Source: an uncultured virus (IMG/VR IMGVR_UViG_3300022074_000023)
Lineage: Duplodnaviria > Heunggongvirae > Uroviricota > Caudoviricetes
Direction: 5' to 3' (one strand)
Virus record (IMG/VR): IMGVR_UViG_3300022074_000023
DNA length: 20,000 nt
Shown here piece by piece: positions 5,401 to 14,799 of this stretch. The number at the start of each line of letters is the position of its first letter. Positions within the stretch are counted from its first letter, which is position 1. The notes beneath the pieces were generated by a model. That model ran no database searches and had not been told where the DNA came from. It was given only the letters and a program-made list of their open reading frames with translations. The position numbers and the translations under genes were made by a program.

Positions 5401-6456
5401 ATGAATGAATTTCCTATGGAGGTTAAAACAGCATTAGTTTTAGGTGCTGGTGGATTTATTGGAAGTCACATGGTAAAAAGACTTCGTGAAGAAGGATACT
5501 GGGTGCGTGGAGTAGATCTTAAAGATACTGAATTTTCACCCACAGAAGCAAATGAATTTGTAACGGGAGATCTTCGTGATGTAGATTTTGTACGTCGTGT
5601 CCTTAAATTTAAAGGATACGTAGGAAACTTTTACGCATCTGTACCCGAAGAATACATAAGACCTTTTGATGAGATTTATCAGTTTGCTGCTGATATGGGT
5701 GGTGCAGGTTTTGTTTTCACGGGTGATAATGATGCAGAGATCATGCATAATTCTGCTGCCATTAATCTAAACGTGCTAGAATGTCAGCGTAATATGAATG
5801 ATGAGAAGGATGTAAATAATACCAAGATTTTCTATTCCAGTTCTGCTTGTATATACCCAGAGCACAATCAACTTGATCCCAATAATCCAGACTGTCGTGA
5901 AGAATCAGCATACCCAGCAAACCCAGACTCCGAATATGGATGGGAAAAACTCTTTAGCGAAAGACTTTACCTTTCTTATAACAGGAATCACAGTATTCCT
6001 GTTCGTATTGCTCGCTATCACAACATTTTTGGTCCAGAAGGAACCTGGGAAGGTGGAAGAGAGAAAGCGCCAGCTGCAATCTGCCGTAAGGTCTCTTACC
6101 TCCCGGAGCAGGGTGGAGCAATCGAGGTGTGGGGAGATGGCTTACAGACTCGTTCCTTCTTGTTCATTGACGAATGCATTGAAGCAACTCGACGGTTGAT
6201 GGATAGTGACTTTATTGGTCCTGTTAATATTGGTTCCGAAGAAATGGTTACGATCAATGAATTAGTTGATACTGTTGCTAAAGTATCTGGTAAGACTGTT
6301 CATAAAATAAACATTGATGGTCCGACTGGAGTTCGTGGTCGCAACTCTAACAATGACCTTATTCGCGAAGAACTTGGATGGGATTATTTCACAACCCTTG
6401 AAGAGGGTATCAGTAAAACTTACAAGTGGATTAATGATCAAATTAGTAATTCTTGA
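5401..6456 (+). CDS. NAD-dependent epimerase/dehydratase, GDP-mannose 3,5-epimerase-like SDR
   Basis: GAGGFIG, FAADMGGAGF, YSSSACIYP, YGWEK (YxxxK), GGREKAPAAICRK, IEVWGDGLQTRSF, GVRGRNS. Start at 5401 (or 5416). Confidence 0.92.
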   Translation: MNEFPMEVKTALVLGAGGFIGSHMVKRLREEGYWVRGVDLKDTEFSPTEANEFVTGDLRDVDFVRRVLKFKGYVGNFYASVPEEYIRPFDEIYQFAADMGGAGFVFTGDNDAEIMHNSAAINLNVLECQRNMNDEKDVNNTKIFYSSSACIYPEHNQLDPNNPDCREESAYPANPDSEYGWEKLFSERLYLSYNRNHSIPVRIARYHNIFGPEGTWEGGREKAPAAICRKVSYLPEQGGAIEVWGDGLQTRSFLFIDECIEATRRLMDSDFIGPVNIGSEEMVTINELVDTVAKVSGKTVHKINIDGPTGVRGRNSNNDLIREELGWDYFTTLEEGISKTYKWINDQISNS

Positions 6457-6970
6457 TGTAGATGGTGTTATGACCGATGGGGTCAAATACTATGATAGGG
6501 AAGGAACAGTAAAACTTAAAACTTTTTGTGATAAGGATTGGACAGCAATTAAAAGATTTCGTGCCATCGGTGTAGATATTGTATTTCTTACAGGTGATCC
6601 TTACAATGTAAGTATCTTAGAAAATAGAAATCTTCATGTGATTGCAAATCGTGGATCTGGTTTCCACAGTGATAAGAAAAATTATCTTGATGAAATACTT
6701 GAGCAGTATAATTGTAGTGTGAAAGAAACTGCTTATGTTGGTGATGATCTTTTTGATATTGGTATCATGGAGAGGATCAAGTATTCATATTGTCCAAGAA
6801 ATGCCCCCAGAGTGGTAAGAGAAAAATCAAACATTTTATCTGCAGAAGGCGGCAACAATCTTATCATGCATCTCTTTGATACACTTGAACTGAAAGGACT
6901 TATTCCCTTTGTCCCATATGATGAAGTTATCGATAAAATTTACGAACTTGATTTGAAGGAAAAGTTTTAA
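6434..6970 (+). CDS. HAD phosphatase, KdsC/YrbI (KDO-8-P phosphatase)-like
   Basis: MIKLVILDVDGVMTDG, LTG, AYVGDDLFD, GG motif near C-terminus; start ATG 6434. Confidence 0.85.
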   Translation: MIKLVILDVDGVMTDGVKYYDREGTVKLKTFCDKDWTAIKRFRAIGVDIVFLTGDPYNVSILENRNLHVIANRGSGFHSDKKNYLDEILEQYNCSVKETAYVGDDLFDIGIMERIKYSYCPRNAPRVVREKSNILSAEGGNNLIMHLFDTLELKGLIPFVPYDEVIDKIYELDLKEKF

Positions 6971-7641
6971 TGAAAGATATTTCACTTTATGGGCATTTGA
7001 CAATCGATACTATTCTTGATGGGGATGGTGAGAGAAAGACATTAGGTTCAATGGCAAATGTATGGAAGGCACTTCTCGAAGTTGATGCATCACTTGATAT
7101 TGGTTTATCGCCAATTGATGTAGGTCAAGCACTTATCTATGTTGATAAACCTGCCGCACAAAGATATTCAAAAGTCAATCTAAGTTTGGTTCAACATAAG
7201 GCAAAGATCATTGAGTCAAAGATTCATCATCTTATCTACCTTAATGAAATGACCCGTCATGATTTCATTCCTGCACTGGATGGAATTATCACTGCTGATA
7301 TCTGCCCAGGAAAATCTGTCAAGAAAGATCTTCTTCAGTATGTTGATTATCTTTTCATCTCTGATGAAGACATTGATGGCGATCTTTCTGAGTATGCAGA
7401 AGCAACCAAAGGTTGGGTAATCCTTCATAGTTCATCTGGTAGTATAGTGACCAATGGTCAGGAAGAATTCTTCTATAAAATGCCTGACGAATTGATGCTT
7501 ACAGATGTAAATGTTCTTGGTGCAGGTGATACATTTGCCTCCTGCTTCTTGCATAAATTATTAAAGAATGTAGGTAATATCCGCGACTGGATTGAATTTT
7601 CACATTTAAAGACGACTGAAATTATTAGGAATTCTATATGA
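6970..7641 (+). CDS. PfkB/ribokinase-family carbohydrate kinase
   Basis: N-terminal G...ID and C-terminal DVNVLGAGDTFASCF (PfkB signature 2). Confidence 0.82.
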   Translation: MKDISLYGHLTIDTILDGDGERKTLGSMANVWKALLEVDASLDIGLSPIDVGQALIYVDKPAAQRYSKVNLSLVQHKAKIIESKIHHLIYLNEMTRHDFIPALDGIITADICPGKSVKKDLLQYVDYLFISDEDIDGDLSEYAEATKGWVILHSSSGSIVTNGQEEFFYKMPDELMLTDVNVLGAGDTFASCFLHKLLKNVGNIRDWIEFSHLKTTEIIRNSI

Positions 7642-8795
7642 AACCAAATATCCTTGTCCCGATGGCAGGACTTGGGAGCCGCTTCATTAAAGAAGGGTTC
7701 AAAGTTCCCAAGCAATTAATTAATATCAAAGACAAACATCTGATTGATATCTCTCTAGACTGTTTAGATTATGAGGGATGTAATCTTATTTTTGTTGTTA
7801 GGGATGAAACTGTCTATAACTTTCATATGGATGAACTTCTCCGCAAGAAGTTTGGCGATGACATTAAAGTTGTAATCCTTGATAAACTTACTGAAGGGTC
7901 AGTTTGTAGTTGTCTATTTGCGGAAGAGTATATTGATAACGATGCACCTTTGATTATCCATACCTTGGATATTGAATTTGAACCTAAGTTTGATCCCCAT
8001 CTAATGAATAAATTGAATGGAGATGGACTTCTTCTTACTTTTAAATCAAATTCATCAAACTATAGTTATGCTAAGGTTGATAAGAATGGGTTTGTGACCC
8101 AGACCGCTGAGAAGAAAGCAATTAGTAATGATGCTTGTGTGGGTATCTACGGGTTTAAAAAGGGTTCAGACTTTTGCAAATATGCTCGCAATATGATCAA
8201 ACGTGATCTTAGAACTAATAATGAGTTCTATATCTCACCATTGTACAATCTTCTTATTGAAGATGGTAAAAAGATCCGCACTGAAGATGTGGATAAGATG
8301 CATGTTTTTGGTACGCCTGATGAGTTTCACTTTTACAAAGACAACGTTACTCGTCGTTTGGGTGATAAACCTATTGCCATTTGTTCTGATCATTCTGGGT
8401 TTGATGCGAAAGAAACCTTCAAAAAAGTCTTAGAAGATAACGGATACGAATATATCGACTTTGGCACTATTCTTAATAAAGATTGTGACTATAGAGATTA
8501 CATTGCACAAGCAGTGAAGTCTATTGGTGAACGTGATTGTGATTATGGTTTTGGGTTCTGCCGCACAGGTCAAGGAGTCAATATCTGTGCTAACAAATAC
8601 AAAGGCATTCGTTCAGCATTAATTTACGATACATTTTCAATGCAGATGGCCATCCGCCACAACTGTGCAAACTTCTTTGCCATTCCCTCTAGGGGAATTG
8701 ATTATGCAACATTAGATAAGTATCTTTATCTCTGTGCAAATCATACGTTTGATGGTGGTCGTCACCAGATTCGTATTCAGGAGTTGGAAAAGTGA
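7638..8795 (+). CDS. fusion: sugar-phosphate nucleotidyltransferase-like domain + RpiB/LacAB sugar-phosphate isomerase
   Basis: N-terminal ILVPMAGLGSRF...PKQLI...EKK...FGTP; C-terminal IAICSDHSG, FCRTGQGVNICANKYKGIRSAL, AIRHNCAN, FDGGRHQIRI. Confidence 0.88.
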   Translation: MKPNILVPMAGLGSRFIKEGFKVPKQLINIKDKHLIDISLDCLDYEGCNLIFVVRDETVYNFHMDELLRKKFGDDIKVVILDKLTEGSVCSCLFAEEYIDNDAPLIIHTLDIEFEPKFDPHLMNKLNGDGLLLTFKSNSSNYSYAKVDKNGFVTQTAEKKAISNDACVGIYGFKKGSDFCKYARNMIKRDLRTNNEFYISPLYNLLIEDGKKIRTEDVDKMHVFGTPDEFHFYKDNVTRRLGDKPIAICSDHSGFDAKETFKKVLEDNGYEYIDFGTILNKDCDYRDYIAQAVKSIGERDCDYGFGFCRTGQGVNICANKYKGIRSALIYDTFSMQMAIRHNCANFFAIPSRGIDYATLDKYLYLCANHTFDGGRHQIRIQELEK

Positions 8796-9112
8796 AACAA
8801 GCAAATATTGCTGACTTCAAAGCAGGATGGTTTGTGGGAGACTTTGAACCATCTATCTTTAAAAATCCATTCTTTGAAGTAGCACATCATAAGCACAAAA
8901 AAGGATGTGAAACATTTCCACATACACATAAGGTCACTAATGAACTGAACTATATTGTCAGTGGTGAATTGAAAGTTAATGGCAAGATTATGAGTGAAGG
9001 TGATATGTGGATATACGAACCGAATGAAGTTTCTGATGTTGAGTTTCTTGCAGATTCGGAACTTATTATAGTAAGATGGCCATCTATTCCTTCGGATAAG
9101 TATTTGGTATGA
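8792..9112 (+). CDS. cupin-domain protein
   Basis: 106 aa; GWFVGDF, HTHKVTNELNYIVSG (HxH...E cupin motif 1), GD...P motif 2. Confidence 0.8.
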   Translation: MKQANIADFKAGWFVGDFEPSIFKNPFFEVAHHKHKKGCETFPHTHKVTNELNYIVSGELKVNGKIMSEGDMWIYEPNEVSDVEFLADSELIIVRWPSIPSDKYLV

Positions 9113-9582
9113 AATTTATTGCACATCGGGGTAATATTGATGGACCCAACTTTGAAGAGGAAAACCAATTAGAGTATATTGAAAGAGCAATAGAAAAAGG
9201 TTTTGATGCTGAAATCGACATTTGGTATTTGCCACAAGCAGATCAACTTTATCTTGGGCATGACAAACCACAATACCTAGTCTCTTGGTTTTGGTTAGCA
9301 AAACACGTTGATAAATTATGGATTCACTGTAAGAACATTGATGCCTTGCATAAATTTGCTAACACAGGTGGATATAATTACTTCTGGCATGACACGGATA
9401 AATATACATTAACAAGTAAGAATTATATCTGGACGTATCCTGGTCAACCATATACACCTAAGTCTGTAATGGTCATGCCAGAAAATATGAAAGTATTTCC
9501 TGAGTTTAAAACTGAGTTTTCTGATATGAAAGCATATAATTGTTATGGTATTTGTAGTGATTATGTTGGGGAGATGAAATGA
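9109..9582 (+). CDS. glycerophosphodiester phosphodiesterase-like (PLC-like) protein
   Basis: IAHRGN, EN, EIDIW, LGHD, WIHCKN, GICSD. Confidence 0.75.
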   Translation: MKFIAHRGNIDGPNFEEENQLEYIERAIEKGFDAEIDIWYLPQADQLYLGHDKPQYLVSWFWLAKHVDKLWIHCKNIDALHKFANTGGYNYFWHDTDKYTLTSKNYIWTYPGQPYTPKSVMVMPENMKVFPEFKTEFSDMKAYNCYGICSDYVGEMK

Positions 9583-10205
9583 CATCAACTATTGCACCAT
9601 CATTTGGTGAACTGAAGAAGTATGATAAAATTAATGTTATTGATGTTGGTGCTGCGAGAGCATCTTTTCTTGTAGAATTAGAAAAATATTTTGATCTTGG
9701 AGATGTTTATGCTGTTGGCATTGATCCTTTTGATCATGGTGTGAAAGATCATTATGATAAATTCTATCAAGCATGTATTGATGATGTAAAAGAACCTGTT
9801 GAGATGGATTTCTATATGAATGCCATCGACGATCAGGCAAGTTCTCTTTGTGTCCCTGCGAAAGATAAAAAGAATGCATTTAGAGAACCAATCAAAGTTC
9901 AAGTTTTAAATCTAAATGACATCATTGAAGATAATATTCCGGAAGGAACGATTCATTTTTTAAAGATTGATGCAGAGGGAAAAGATCTTCATATTGTTAA
10001 GTCACTACGGAAAGATGTGCTTAATAGGATTAAGTATATTGCAGTAGAATGTCCGATGACTAAACCAAGACTTGAGGGTGAAGTTGTTAAAGAAAAGTGT
10101 ATCGAATACTTTCAATCAATTAACTTTGAAGTATTCTACTTTCATGATACTGATAATGGTAGTGATGTAAGTGACGTTGTATTTGTCAACGAGGTAGATC
10201 TATGA
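9579..10205 (+). CDS. FkbM-family methyltransferase
   Basis: VIDVGAA, IHFLKIDAEGKD, IAVE. Confidence 0.8.
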   Translation: MTSTIAPSFGELKKYDKINVIDVGAARASFLVELEKYFDLGDVYAVGIDPFDHGVKDHYDKFYQACIDDVKEPVEMDFYMNAIDDQASSLCVPAKDKKNAFREPIKVQVLNLNDIIEDNIPEGTIHFLKIDAEGKDLHIVKSLRKDVLNRIKYIAVECPMTKPRLEGEVVKEKCIEYFQSINFEVFYFHDTDNGSDVSDVVFVNEVDL

Positions 10206-10942
10206 AGGTAGCATTGTGCTTGTCTGGTCAACCTAGAGTTGTTGATACTGGATTTCATAAAATTAAACAATCTATTCTTGACGGAAATGATGTTGATATT
10301 TTCATTCATACTTGGTTTGATTCTGATAATTTAAGTACAAACTCTGTCATACCTGGAAGAGAGAATCATACATTAGATTCCTTGGCAATTAATAAACTTG
10401 AAAAGTATTACAATCCCAAAAAAATTTTGGTTGAGAAACCAAAGAAATGGAAACGTGATTATGGATTTACTGACAAGTGCTTTACAAATGCTTGGACTTG
10501 GGCTTTAGAAGTTCAGGGTGGACTAGATGTAGCGAAAGAATATATCAGTGACACTACGCATAGTATGTTCTATAGTATGATGATGGCAAATCAGTTAAAA
10601 GAACAATACTCCGTAGAGACCGGAGTAGAGTATGATTTGGTAATTAGAAATAGGATTGACTATTCCCCCCATGTTGTATTAGACTTAAGCAAAGTCAAAC
10701 TGGATGATGATGTTCTTGTCTATCAAGATCTAAAACAACCAGATGGAATGATTAGCGATTGGTTTGGTATGGGAACTACAAACACAATGAATGTGTTCTG
10801 TGGAGTCTATAATCATATCGGTCAATTAATACGTCAATCTAATGAAATGGATGGATATTGGTGCAATGAACTTCTTCTGAAGCATCATATCCAAAATAAT
10901 AAAATCAGAATCAGTCCAGTAGATTTTCAGGTACATTATTAA
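10202..10942 (+). CDS. hypothetical glycan-modifying / glycosyltransferase-like protein
   Basis: MKVALCLSGQPR, DIFIHTW, SMFYS, YDLVIRNRID, seen in viral and bacterial glycan loci; function uncertain. Confidence 0.6.
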   Translation: MKVALCLSGQPRVVDTGFHKIKQSILDGNDVDIFIHTWFDSDNLSTNSVIPGRENHTLDSLAINKLEKYYNPKKILVEKPKKWKRDYGFTDKCFTNAWTWALEVQGGLDVAKEYISDTTHSMFYSMMMANQLKEQYSVETGVEYDLVIRNRIDYSPHVVLDLSKVKLDDDVLVYQDLKQPDGMISDWFGMGTTNTMNVFCGVYNHIGQLIRQSNEMDGYWCNELLLKHHIQNNKIRISPVDFQVHY

Positions 10943-11880
10943 TGAAAAGCAAAATTATTCTTTGGGGTCCTCTTCATGGACAGAATACACATTCGTACAT
11001 TTACTGGGCGCTTGAACGTGCTTTTGAAAAACTGGGTCAAGAAGTATATTGGTTCAGCGACCAAAGTCATCCAAGTTCTGCTGATTTTGACTATAGTAAT
11101 TCTGTTTTTATCGTCGATAATCAGGGACTTACTGATAGGAATTGCCCTGTAAGAGATGACTGCATCTATTTTTCATACGACGAATTTAAGGATAATAAGT
11201 ATCTTGGTAGGGTTAAAAGTCTCATCAATTTTAGGGTTGCAGAATACAAGCAAGTTTTCAAAGATGATGAAAGATATTTTGAGATAGAAAAGGGTGTGAT
11301 GTTTGATACACAATCACCAGAACCTTATGATGTAATTCATCTTGCTTGGGCAACTAATATTCTTCCTGAAGAAATTGATCTAGATGATGTTAATAATGAA
11401 AGACATAATGAATATAATTTTGTAGGAACGGTTCACTGTCCACGTCCTAATGCACCACCACTTCATCAAGATTTTATTGAGATTGTAAAAAATAAAGGTA
11501 TAGAATTTAATCATTATGATCCACAGAAAGGAAAGACTGAGGAGAATGAAAATATTCGTTTAATGCAAAGATCTATTTTTGTTCCAGACTTCCGTCCACA
11601 GGAACAGAAAGATAACTGGTATGTTCCTTGTAGGGTTATGAAAGCAATTAGTTATGGATGTCTGACTGTTTCTGATGCAACTTATCTCCAAGATTTTATT
11701 GATGGTAGTCTTTTAGTTTCTGAAGATGCACAAGAAATATTTGATCTTGGGATGGCAAATAAAGACAATAAAGAATTAATTCTTCATCAAATGGAAGTGG
11801 TCAAACGGGATCATACATACATCAATAGGTGTAAGGGTTTACTTAAAATTGTTGAAAAAATTAATGCGGGGGCAAGATAG
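10942..11880 (+). CDS. putative glycosyltransferase (GT-B, CgeB-like C-terminus)
   Basis: FVGT, YVPCRVMKAISYG, HTYINR C-terminal pattern. Possible start is ATG 10943 region per ORF track. Confidence 0.6.
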   Translation: MKSKIILWGPLHGQNTHSYIYWALERAFEKLGQEVYWFSDQSHPSSADFDYSNSVFIVDNQGLTDRNCPVRDDCIYFSYDEFKDNKYLGRVKSLINFRVAEYKQVFKDDERYFEIEKGVMFDTQSPEPYDVIHLAWATNILPEEIDLDDVNNERHNEYNFVGTVHCPRPNAPPLHQDFIEIVKNKGIEFNHYDPQKGKTEENENIRLMQRSIFVPDFRPQEQKDNWYVPCRVMKAISYGCLTVSDATYLQDFIDGSLLVSEDAQEIFDLGMANKDNKELILHQMEVVKRDHTYINRCKGLLKIVEKINAGAR

Positions 11881-12470
11881 TGAGTTTAGTTGATATTATA
11901 GAAAAGAACAATCTTGATATTGCCACAGACAAAAATACCCTTCACAATTATGTAAAAGGTTTTTACGAAAAATATTTTGAACCATACAAAGATGCTGAAG
12001 TAAATTTGGTTGAAATTGGTGTATGGATGGGAGGATCAGTTAAACTTTGGTCTGAGTATTTTTCTAATGCAAGATCAATTATTGGAATTGAGTTAAACCA
12101 AGAATCTATATGGGATCAGTATAAAGAAGTTGAAAACTCAACATATTATTTTGGAGATGCTTATTCAAGAGAGATCTGTGATAGAATAAGTGATATTGAT
12201 ATTTTTATTGATGACGGTCCACATACTTTAGATAGTATGATAGAAGCTATCAAATTATATCTTCCTAAAGTAAATCCTGGTGGTATCTTTGTTATAGAAG
12301 ATATTCAGGATTTTACTTGGTTTGATGATTTGGAATCAACTGCTGCAACAGTAATAAAAGAACTAGATACTTGTTCCTACGTTTTAGAAAAAATTGATCT
12401 TAGGGAAATGGTTAATGTCTATGGCGAAACTCGATATGACGATTTGATGTTTGTTATTAAAGTGAAATGA
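11880..12470 (+). CDS. class I SAM-dependent methyltransferase (sugar O-methyltransferase-like)
   Basis: TDK...H.Y, LVEIGVWMGGS, DIFIDDGPH, PGGIFVIEDI. Confidence 0.85.
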   Translation: MSLVDIIEKNNLDIATDKNTLHNYVKGFYEKYFEPYKDAEVNLVEIGVWMGGSVKLWSEYFSNARSIIGIELNQESIWDQYKEVENSTYYFGDAYSREICDRISDIDIFIDDGPHTLDSMIEAIKLYLPKVNPGGIFVIEDIQDFTWFDDLESTAATVIKELDTCSYVLEKIDLREMVNVYGETRYDDLMFVIKVK

Positions 12471-13288
12471 TTGGATTTAATTTTCTTGGTAAAATGGGAC
12501 AACTGGGAAACCAGATGTTTGAATATGCTTCCCTTCGTGGTATTGCAAAGAATCGTGGATTTAACTTTTGTATTCCATATCATCGTGAAGTATTTGATGA
12601 TGGTATTGGGAATAAACTGCGGATTGAATTGTTTGATCCGTTTGTAATGACTAATGTCAACAACTTGAATATACAGTTGATTGATCAAGATAGACCAATT
12701 GTCAAAGAAAGTGGATTTGGATTCGATCAAAAATTATTTGATGAATGTCCAGACTGGGTATCGCTTCAAGGATATTTTCAAACTGAAAAATATTTCAAAG
12801 ATATTGAAGATGAAATCCGTGAAGACTTCACATTCAAGAATGAAATATCTTTATTGTGTAAGCACAATATGAGTGAAGTTGATAGACCGATTGCATTACA
12901 TATTCGTCGTGGAGACTTTCTAAGAAATTCACACAATCACACTAATCTTGGTTTGGATTATTATGCGAAATGTCTGAATAAATTTGAGGGTGATCGAACG
13001 GTGATTATTTTTTCTGATGATCCTGATTGGTGTAAAGAACAAGATTTATTTGAAGATGATAGATTCCTTGTTGCAGAAGGAAACGATAGTTACACAGATC
13101 TGTGTCTGATGAGTCTCTGTACTGATTTTATTATTGCCAACTCTACTTTTTCTTGGTGGGGTGCATGGTTATCAAAGAGCATGAATAAGACAGTATATAC
13201 TCCAGATCCTGAGATTTGGTTTGGTCCAAATAATGCACATTTGGATACAAGTGATATAATTCCAGAAGACTGGGTAGTTGTAAAATGA
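12467..13288 (+). CDS. glycosyltransferase family 11 (alpha-1,2-fucosyltransferase-like)
   Basis: GQLGNQMFEY, GYFQTEKYF, ALHIRRGD, IFSDDPDW, IIANSTFSWWGAWL. Confidence 0.92.
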   Translation: MIGFNFLGKMGQLGNQMFEYASLRGIAKNRGFNFCIPYHREVFDDGIGNKLRIELFDPFVMTNVNNLNIQLIDQDRPIVKESGFGFDQKLFDECPDWVSLQGYFQTEKYFKDIEDEIREDFTFKNEISLLCKHNMSEVDRPIALHIRRGDFLRNSHNHTNLGLDYYAKCLNKFEGDRTVIIFSDDPDWCKEQDLFEDDRFLVAEGNDSYTDLCLMSLCTDFIIANSTFSWWGAWLSKSMNKTVYTPDPEIWFGPNNAHLDTSDIIPEDWVVVK

Positions 13289-14070
13289 TTTATGTTACCG
13301 GTGCTGGTGGATTGGTTGGTTCTAGATTTTTAGAACTAACTGATAAGGAAGTAGTTCCTATTTCTTATAGGAATGAAGTCCCTGATGTTTTTGAATCCCA
13401 TGAAAAATCTTGCTTAGTTCATCTTGCTTGGTCATCAACCACTAGAAATACATATGATGATATTGAAGATGTCATGCAACATGATGTCTATAACACAAAG
13501 AAGTTGTTTGAATATTACGTAAACAAAAATCCAAACGGAAAGATAATCTTTATTTCTTCTGCTGGTGATTTGCATCTAGGTCATCAAAGAACAGTTCTAG
13601 AAGGTAACGAACCCTCACCACATTCTTTATATGGTGAATGTAAGATTCATGTAGAAAATATGTTGAAAGAACTTCCATGCAAAACGGTTGTTCTGAGGAC
13701 ATCGAATATTTGGGGTGCAAATGTTTCTGCTAACAGAATTAATGGATTGGTAGATAAGTTGATAAGTGTTTTAGATACCGATCAAGTAGTAGAAATATTT
13801 GCTAACCTAAAAACTAGAGTTGACTTAGTTCACCTTGATGATTTTGTTGATTTGCTGAATAAAGTCATTGATAGTGATTTAGTTGGTCAGCATGAACTTT
13901 TCTTGGTAGGAAGACAAAGTATCTGTCTTTGTGATATAATAGATATAGTATCAAGACGTGGATCGCTAAATCTTAGAATCAACCAGAAAGCAGAAAAAAC
14001 ATTTTTGCATATTGAAAATTTTAGGGTTAGAAAAACTTTTGATTGGGAACCTAAACATCTTCTAGAATGA
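13285..14070 (+). CDS. NAD-dependent epimerase/dehydratase (SDR)
   Basis: VTGAGGLVG, VHLA, FISS, YGECK (YxxxK), LRTSNIWG, DLVHLDD. Confidence 0.85.
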   Translation: MIYVTGAGGLVGSRFLELTDKEVVPISYRNEVPDVFESHEKSCLVHLAWSSTTRNTYDDIEDVMQHDVYNTKKLFEYYVNKNPNGKIIFISSAGDLHLGHQRTVLEGNEPSPHSLYGECKIHVENMLKELPCKTVVLRTSNIWGANVSANRINGLVDKLISVLDTDQVVEIFANLKTRVDLVHLDDFVDLLNKVIDSDLVGQHELFLVGRQSICLCDIIDIVSRRGSLNLRINQKAEKTFLHIENFRVRKTFDWEPKHLLE

Positions 14071-14798
14071 AAATTGCTATTACATTTTGGGGAACTCAAA
14101 AATACATTGAGTTTCTTCCGGAATGGTATGAAAGACTTGAAAAGTATTTTGTACCTGGAGTAGAAAAACAATATTTTGTATTTACTGACGGAGACCTTGA
14201 AGGTTGTCCAGATAATATTACTAAGATGGAAATACCACACTATGGATTTCCTACAACTTATCATAAAACATTTGAGGAAATGTTGCGACTTGAAAAAGAA
14301 GTTGTAGATTATGATTGGTTGGTTTCTGTTGATGCAGATCTTTATATTCAACAAACTGTTGAGTATGAAGATTTTTTTGCTGAGGATAAAAAATATCTTG
14401 CAGTGCATCATCCATGCCATGCAGTGGGATTCCAACCACATAATAAGGAACCAGGTTCTTACGACGTGAATCCACTATCGAACGCCTGCATTACGGAAGA
14501 CATTATGGATATGTCTGTCTATTATCAAGGATGTCTGTGGGGAGGAAAAGTTTCTCATATCTTTGATCTGATGAAACAGATTGATGAGTGGACTAAAGAT
14601 GATCTTAAGAAAAATGTTTCAGCAAGATTCTTTGAAGAAAGTTATATGAATAAGTGGTTCCTTACACATAAGGATGATACAAATACACTTCCACCTTCAT
14701 ATGCATATCCTGAGATGTTTGCAAAATATTGTGAATTTGATAATATTATGATGCATCTGGCAAAAGACAATAAAGCACTAGACAATAATCAATGGTAA
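14067..14798 (+). CDS. glycosyltransferase family 6 (ABO/alpha-1,3-Gal(NAc) transferase-like)
   Basis: KYIEFL, YFVFTD, DWLVSVDAD (DxD), HP, YYQGCLWGG, FEESYMNKWF (cf. WHDESHLNKY), LPPSY. Confidence 0.85.
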   Translation: MKIAITFWGTQKYIEFLPEWYERLEKYFVPGVEKQYFVFTDGDLEGCPDNITKMEIPHYGFPTTYHKTFEEMLRLEKEVVDYDWLVSVDADLYIQQTVEYEDFFAEDKKYLAVHHPCHAVGFQPHNKEPGSYDVNPLSNACITEDIMDMSVYYQGCLWGGKVSHIFDLMKQIDEWTKDDLKKNVSARFFEESYMNKWFLTHKDDTNTLPPSYAYPEMFAKYCEFDNIMMHLAKDNKALDNNQW

Positions 14799-14799
14799 A

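Noticed and set aside
6434..6970. Assigning kdsC and a KDO pathway
   Set aside because: The family match is good, but no kdsA/kdsB/kdsD is in the window, so the substrate cannot be assumed.
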